Source: Candidatus Heimdallarchaeota archaeon
GTDB taxonomy: Archaea > Asgardarchaeota > Heimdallarchaeia > Heimdallarchaeales > Kariarchaeaceae
Assembly (NCBI GenBank): GCA_030149205.1
Contig: JASBSB010000006.1
Coordinates: 637,119 to 669,118, forward strand
Direction of reading: 5' to 3'
DNA length: 32,000 nt
Shown: positions 27,643-32,000 of the stretch, one piece after another
Numbering within the stretch: position 1 is the first letter of the stretch
Layout: every line of letters starts with the position of its first letter
The notes under the pieces: model-generated
The model's database searches: none
What the model was told of the DNA's origin: nothing
The model's input: the letters and a program-made list of their open reading frames with translations, nothing else
Program-made: the position numbers and the translations under genes

Positions 27643-28389
27643 ATGAATTCGAAAGAAGTTTTTAGGGCAGTTTGGAGGAAATTACGAGAAGATATCCTAG
27701 TTGTGCTTTTTATAGTACTCCTTATTGTCTCAGCCGCCTATTTCATCGAACTGGTCTTAGGATGGTTTAAACTCTCTGACCTTCCCAATGTGAAAAAATC
27801 ACTCTCTGCTCAAAGGTGGTTAGACACAGCTAAGGATTCAGATAATGATGGGATTCCAGATGTAATGGAGATGACCCCTAGGGGTAAACCTGTGAATGTT
27901 CCAGGTTATGGCATTGTGGGAACTGGGACTGGAACCAATCCTTACAATCCAGACACCGATTTTGATGGCTTTCCAGATAATGCTGAGATGAAAATTGGAT
28001 CGAACCCTAACAATTTTTGGGATCCAGGATTTCTATGGATTCTTTGGACCATATTCTTTGCATTCGTGATTTACAAACTTTTTATTGAGAAACCTGACAG
28101 ACTCCGAGAATATCAACTTAATGAAGATATTATCACTGGAGGAGGTGTTGCAGGAAAGAAAGGTAAATTTGCCTATGGAGGTGCATCAAATCCATTTGAG
28201 AAATCAGTTTCAGCCATGACAGCTGAAGAGAAAAAACAACTCATTGAAAGTGATCCGAGATTTGCAGATTTGAAGGTAGGGGAGATGACACATAAAAAAA
28301 GAAAATTCCCCGTTTGGGCAAAAACACTAGTACAATTTCTTATAATTACAGTTATTGTATTAGGAGGATTTCTTATCTTTCGCCATTAA
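27643..28389 (+). CDS. Membrane protein with thrombospondin type-3-like DxDxDG calcium-binding repeats
   Basis: DSDNDGIPDVME and NPYNPDTDFDGFPDNAE..GSNP lie between TM1 (~aa 19-41) and TM2 (~aa 131-148); a third TM is at the C-terminus. TATA TTTAAAAT (27613-27620) 22 nt before the ATG. Confidence 0.75.
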   Translation: MNSKEVFRAVWRKLREDILVVLFIVLLIVSAAYFIELVLGWFKLSDLPNVKKSLSAQRWLDTAKDSDNDGIPDVMEMTPRGKPVNVPGYGIVGTGTGTNPYNPDTDFDGFPDNAEMKIGSNPNNFWDPGFLWILWTIFFAFVIYKLFIEKPDRLREYQLNEDIITGGGVAGKKGKFAYGGASNPFEKSVSAMTAEEKKQLIESDPRFADLKVGEMTHKKRKFPVWAKTLVQFLIITVIVLGGFLIFRH

Positions 28390-29216
28390 TGATCAAAATC
28401 TTCAATAATGATAATTTTATTTGATTTTGATTAATCCTCCTATTAACTTTCATCTTTATGATTGTGGAAGCAATTGTTGGTTACATCGCTAATTCACACA
28501 CTTTGATTGCAGATGCTGGACATTTGTTAAATGATGTCATCTCTATATTTCTAGCCTTGGTAGCTATTTTTCTGAGTAAATTTAAAAGCACATCAAAACT
28601 AACATTTGGGTATAAAAGGGTGGGAGTTCTATCTGGATTGATAAACGGTATTTCGTTGCTCACAATATAGTATTTAATTATTAGGGAGGCAATTAGTAGA
28701 TTAAGAAATCTAGAGGGTCTCGAGATCCAAGGAGCATTAGTTATGGTGGTTGCATTTGTTGGTTTATTTGTGAATTTAGTTGGAATATACCTCCTACCCC
28801 CAGAAAAAGAAGGCAGTCTTAATATTGAAGGTGTATATCAACATGTTGTAGGGGATGCTTTTGGATCTGTTGTGGCGTTAATTGCAGATATTGGAATTTT
28901 ACTTTTCAATGCATTTTGGCTTGATGTGGTCGCTAGTTTGATTGTTGCTTTACTCATAGTCAAGAGTGGATTATCCATAACAATAAGGTCGCTAAATATT
29001 TTAATTCAAGCAAGCCCGAAGGGGATTGATTTAGAGAACATAAAAAAGGATACATTAGCATTGGATGGAGTTAATGAAATTCATGATTTCCATGCTTGGA
29101 GGGTCACCAATGGAATGGATGTTTTAACTGCACATATATTAGAAAATACAATGACGAGCCAAAGAAGTTTATCATCGATGCATCTTTTGATTATATTATG
29201 TGAGTTGTTGTGGTAA
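28389..29216 (+). pseudogene. Disrupted cation diffusion facilitator (CzcD/ZitB-like) gene
   Basis: One reading frame from ATG 28389 (overlapping the upstream TAA) through IADAGHLLND, TFGYKR, YQHVVGDAFGS, DVVASLIVA, HDFHAWRVT. It is interrupted by in-frame TGA 28422-24, TGA 28428-30 and TAG 28668-70. The C-terminal domain appears truncated after LTAHIL. Confidence 0.8.
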
Positions 29217-29240
29217 AGTAAGGAGTAATCAATAATAAAG

Positions 29241-29271
29241 TTTAATATATTGACATATCTCGATACATCGA
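29241..29271 (+). promoter_or_regulatory. Promoter/operator of the ArsR-family repressor
   Basis: TATA-like TTTAATAT (29241-29248) preceded by a purine-rich BRE-like tract; 5-2-5 palindrome TCGAT-AC-ATCGA (29260-29271) between the TATA and ATG 29271. Confidence 0.5.
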
Positions 29272-29603
29272 TGGAAAAAATCCAAGTTGATGCAATGACA
29301 TTGAGATCAAAGTTATTTAGAGGGTTTGCCGATGAGACAAGGCTTTCAATTCTCAGATTATTAATGAATGGTAACAAAAACGTTAACGAAATAGTTAAAA
29401 CACTAAATTTACCCCAATCAACCGTGTCTTCGCATTTATCTTGCTTAAAAGATTGTAATCTGGTAACCTCACAAAAAATTGGTAGATCTCGTCAGTATTA
29501 TTTGACGTCTGCTGTAATATCAGAAATCCTGCAAAATGTAGATCAATTATTGCAAATCTGTTATTCGGAAATTTATGAATGTGTAAATTATCTGGAGGAA
29601 TAA
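29271..29603 (+). CDS. ArsR/SmtB-family metal-sensing repressor, CmtR-like
   Basis: KLFRGFADETRLSIL, HTH QSTVSSHLSCLKDCNLV with Cys58/Cys62 and a C-terminal Cys104 (YECVNY), the spacing of the CmtR alpha4C metal site. Start reassigned to ATG 29271. Confidence 0.85.
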   Translation: MEKIQVDAMTLRSKLFRGFADETRLSILRLLMNGNKNVNEIVKTLNLPQSTVSSHLSCLKDCNLVTSQKIGRSRQYYLTSAVISEILQNVDQLLQICYSEIYECVNYLEE

Positions 29604-29605
29604 AT

Positions 29606-31522
29606 ATGGCTGATAACGATATTTCATCATATGAAATCCCAATTCCGTGGAATCGAATATTAGGTTCAGTAATTGCATTTATTTCTCTTATTGCATTATA
29701 TCTTTTACCTCTGGAATTTACTCCAAAATTACTAATTTATTTAATAGGATCAATTATAGGTGGATGGTTTTTTTATTTGGAATCTTTTGAAACTTTAATT
29801 CAGAAGAAAAAGATCTCAATTGACATGTTGATGACCCTTGCAATTGTCGGCTCTGCTTATCTCGGGGCATTTGAAGAGTCATTAACTATTGTGTTCTTGT
29901 ATTCTATCACTGAAACCTTAGAATCTTATTCCAAAACTCGTACTCGTATAACAATTAAATCACTGATGAAGCTAGTACCCACAACTGCAGTTAAATTTGA
30001 AAATGGCACCGAAATTACAGTCAAAGTAGATAATATAAAAGTTAATGATATTTTATTGATTACACCAGGAGATAGTATACCGGTTGATGGAATTATCTAC
30101 GAAGGTACTGCAAGCATTGATGAATCTTCAATTACTGGAGAATCTATACCTATACTAAAACTGGAACAAGATAGGGTTTCTGGAGGCACTATTTGCCAGG
30201 ATGGGGTTGTTAAAATTAAGGTGACAAAAACCCTTTCTGAAAGTACCGTTTCGAAAATAATTTCTCTTGTGGAAGAAGCACAAGACAAAAAGACGCCAAC
30301 ACAGCTCATTGTGTCAAAATTCACACGTAGATATAATCCCTTCATTATTGTCATGGTGATTCTTGTTTTTATAATCCCAGTTGGAATGGGGGCAAATGTC
30401 GATCGTCAATTACAATTAGTAATTACCCTTATAGTTGCCTCAGCCCCCTGTGCATTGGCAATTGCCACCCCAGTAAGCGTGTCTGCTGCATTGGGTAGTG
30501 CTGGTAAAAAAGGAATTATGGTCAAAGGGGGTACATATTTACAGACCCTTGGTGAGGTAAATGCGGTTGCATTTGACAAGACTGGTACTTTAACATACGG
30601 TATTCCAATGTTTTCGTCAATTACTTTGTATGCAGATATGAGTGAAGAAGAGTCTTTCATGATTGCAAGTTCGATTGAAAAATATGCAAATCATCCTCTG
30701 GCAAAATCAATCATGAATGAAAATCACAGAAGAAACTTAGAATTATATCCTGTCAAAGATTTTACAAGTAGTCCTGGTGGTGGGGTCTCTGGAACAATTA
30801 ATAACAAAACCTATTTTATTGGAAATTTGAAATTTCTGGAAACGAACATTTCAAGAACAGTGATTGTTAAACAAGATAACGAATCAGGAAATGATAAAAT
30901 AGTTTCATTTCTATTTGATGAGAGCAACCTAATTGCTGCATTCTCTTTTGAGGACAAAATTAAACCGGAATCAGTCAAAGCAGTATCAAAATTACATACA
31001 AAGGGAATTGAAGTCTTTATGTTGACGGGCGATAAGAGGTCTATTGCCAAGATAATAGGAAATCAATTGGGAATAAAACAAAGTAATATTTTTTCAGAAT
31101 TAACCCCTCAGATGAAAATGAATAAAATAGAAGAATTACAGGAGAATTTCAAATTAGCGATGGTCGGAGATGGGATAAATGATGCTCCTGCTCTTGCCTT
31201 GGCTGATTTAGGAGTTGCTATGGGATCTGCAGGGACAGGTGTTGCACTTGAAACTGCAGACATTGCAATTATGAGTGATAATCTTGAAAATTTAGTTGAA
31301 TCAATTCAATATGGAAAAAAAATGAAACGTATTATCCTCCAAAATATAGTTTTTTCATCATTTATATTGTTCGGGTTAATTATTGCTGTATTGTTGGGAG
31401 TCATCGATCTTTATATGACAATTTTTATTCATGAGGGCTCAGAGGTATTAATTGTAGGGAACGCATTTAGGTTGCTTTCTGATTTTAACATAAAATCATT
31501 TTTGAAATTTTTTAGGAAGTGA
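29606..31522 (+). CDS. Heavy-metal P1B-type ATPase (P1B-4-like, APC + HEGS signature, no N-terminal HMA domain)
   Basis: ITGES, ASAPCALAIATP, DKTGT, NHPLA, MLTGD, VGDGINDAPALA, IHEGSE. Start reassigned to ATG 29606 with SD GGAGG at 29594-29598. Confidence 0.92.
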   Translation: MADNDISSYEIPIPWNRILGSVIAFISLIALYLLPLEFTPKLLIYLIGSIIGGWFFYLESFETLIQKKKISIDMLMTLAIVGSAYLGAFEESLTIVFLYSITETLESYSKTRTRITIKSLMKLVPTTAVKFENGTEITVKVDNIKVNDILLITPGDSIPVDGIIYEGTASIDESSITGESIPILKLEQDRVSGGTICQDGVVKIKVTKTLSESTVSKIISLVEEAQDKKTPTQLIVSKFTRRYNPFIIVMVILVFIIPVGMGANVDRQLQLVITLIVASAPCALAIATPVSVSAALGSAGKKGIMVKGGTYLQTLGEVNAVAFDKTGTLTYGIPMFSSITLYADMSEEESFMIASSIEKYANHPLAKSIMNENHRRNLELYPVKDFTSSPGGGVSGTINNKTYFIGNLKFLETNISRTVIVKQDNESGNDKIVSFLFDESNLIAAFSFEDKIKPESVKAVSKLHTKGIEVFMLTGDKRSIAKIIGNQLGIKQSNIFSELTPQMKMNKIEELQENFKLAMVGDGINDAPALALADLGVAMGSAGTGVALETADIAIMSDNLENLVESIQYGKKMKRIILQNIVFSSFILFGLIIAVLLGVIDLYMTIFIHEGSEVLIVGNAFRLLSDFNIKSFLKFFRK

Positions 31523-31851
31523 TCAATGATCGAGGCTAGCCTGTCTCAAGTTTAGATGATTGTTTTAGTAAAATTGAGGATTGACAGTAGTCAATCTGCA
31601 ATATTCTTGACTTTTCAAACAATCATTTTAGGAATTTTTTCCTCAACGTTCCCATCCCAAATCTCACATACGAATGGACTATATTCAGAATGTATGATCT
31701 TTATCATCGATTCTAAGCTTGTCCCAAAACTCCTGGATCAGGCATTGAGCTCTCAGGCTCAATGGATGAAAGATTTTCAGATGAGAGAGAGCCTCGCCTG
31801 AGATTCGGCTAGAATCGAACTAGATATATAGTAGAGGGTCAGAGCTGACTA

Positions 31852-32000
31852 GTGCCTCAAACACAGGTCATTGACCCCCATGTACTGTCCGAATTTCTCA
31901 TCTTAAATCAAGATTTCCTTCGTCCCAAGTTCCCAGACGCAAAAAGAACCTCAAAACTGGGCAGACCAAGAATTGGTCTGAGATGGGTGCTGGCCGCCAT
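31852..32000 (+). mobile_element. 5' end of a probable IS5-family transposase (runs off the window end)
   Basis: Hand translation from GTG 31852 gives (M)PQTQVIDPHVLSEFLILNQDFLRPKFPDAKRTSKLGRPRIGLRWVLAA..., resembling the IS5/IS427-type N-terminus (xxPLLP...GRPR...RxVLxAI). A hand count gives ~47% GC over 31741-32000 versus ~25% in a 60-nt sample of the ATPase tail. ATATATA lies 21 nt upstream. Confidence 0.6.

Noticed and set aside
28422-28670. Genome-wide stop-codon reassignment, selenocysteine or pyrrolysine as the explanation for the CDF stops
   Set aside because: TGA and TAG terminate intact genes elsewhere in the window (GAP, GH31 and the P1B ATPase end in TGA; taw2 and livH end in TAG), and the sites are not catalytic Cys/Lys-type positions.
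981-31050. Short ORFs nested antisense or out of frame in larger genes (e.g. 981-1166, 2849-3034, 3931-4119, 6185-6373, 6990-7181, 10241-10579, 10865-11185, 12283-12465, 13857-14240, 15141-15419, 19509-19736, 19821-20024, 20747-20959, 21297-21491, 22520-22813, 22845-23147, 23517-23729, 26068-26274, 26807-27121, 28481-28663, 29081-29377, 30097-31050)
   Set aside because: They overlap well-supported genes, have Ser/Ile/Phe-rich shadow-type composition and show no motifs.
29606-31522. Calling the ATPase cadA/zntA
   Set aside because: It lacks the CPC motif and N-terminal HMA domain; APC+HEGS fits a P1B-4-like pump.
31556-31801. + strand 81-aa ORF
   Set aside because: No motifs; reads like the antisense of a minus-strand coding remnant within the IS-flanking region.
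1-32000. CRISPR array, rRNA, replication origin
   Set aside because: No regularly spaced direct repeats, rRNA-like sequence, ORB-like G-string repeats or cdc6/orc1 gene were seen.

Overview
AT-rich archaeal chromosomal window. It is most consistent with an Asgard (Heimdallarchaeia-like) archaeon; this is inferred from a TPR-longin-like protein, Nip7 and Taw2 homologs, archaeal TATA promoters and an archaeal-type tRNA, and was not tested by a search. It holds a tRNA-Val(CAC) missed by the ORF track that abuts a Taw2/TYW2-family gene, plus a secreted alpha/beta hydrolase, an MFS transporter, an orphan NfnB/GltD-like flavoprotein, an F420/PNPOx-like protein and a long HtpX protease. A divergent TetR / GAP-exporter / rifampin-phosphotransferase-like dikinase module has clear operator palindromes. 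Further on are a GH31 glucosidase, an amidase, a HAD plus class II aldolase fusion and a liv-type ABC operon with a LivM-LivG fusion. A metal-resistance islet follows: a DxDxDG Ca-binding membrane protein, a CDF gene broken by three in-frame stops, a CmtR-like repressor and a P1B-4-type ATPase with an APC motif. The window ends in the 5' end of a probable IS5-family transposase. No CRISPR array or rRNA was seen. All family assignments come from motif recognition, not database searches.
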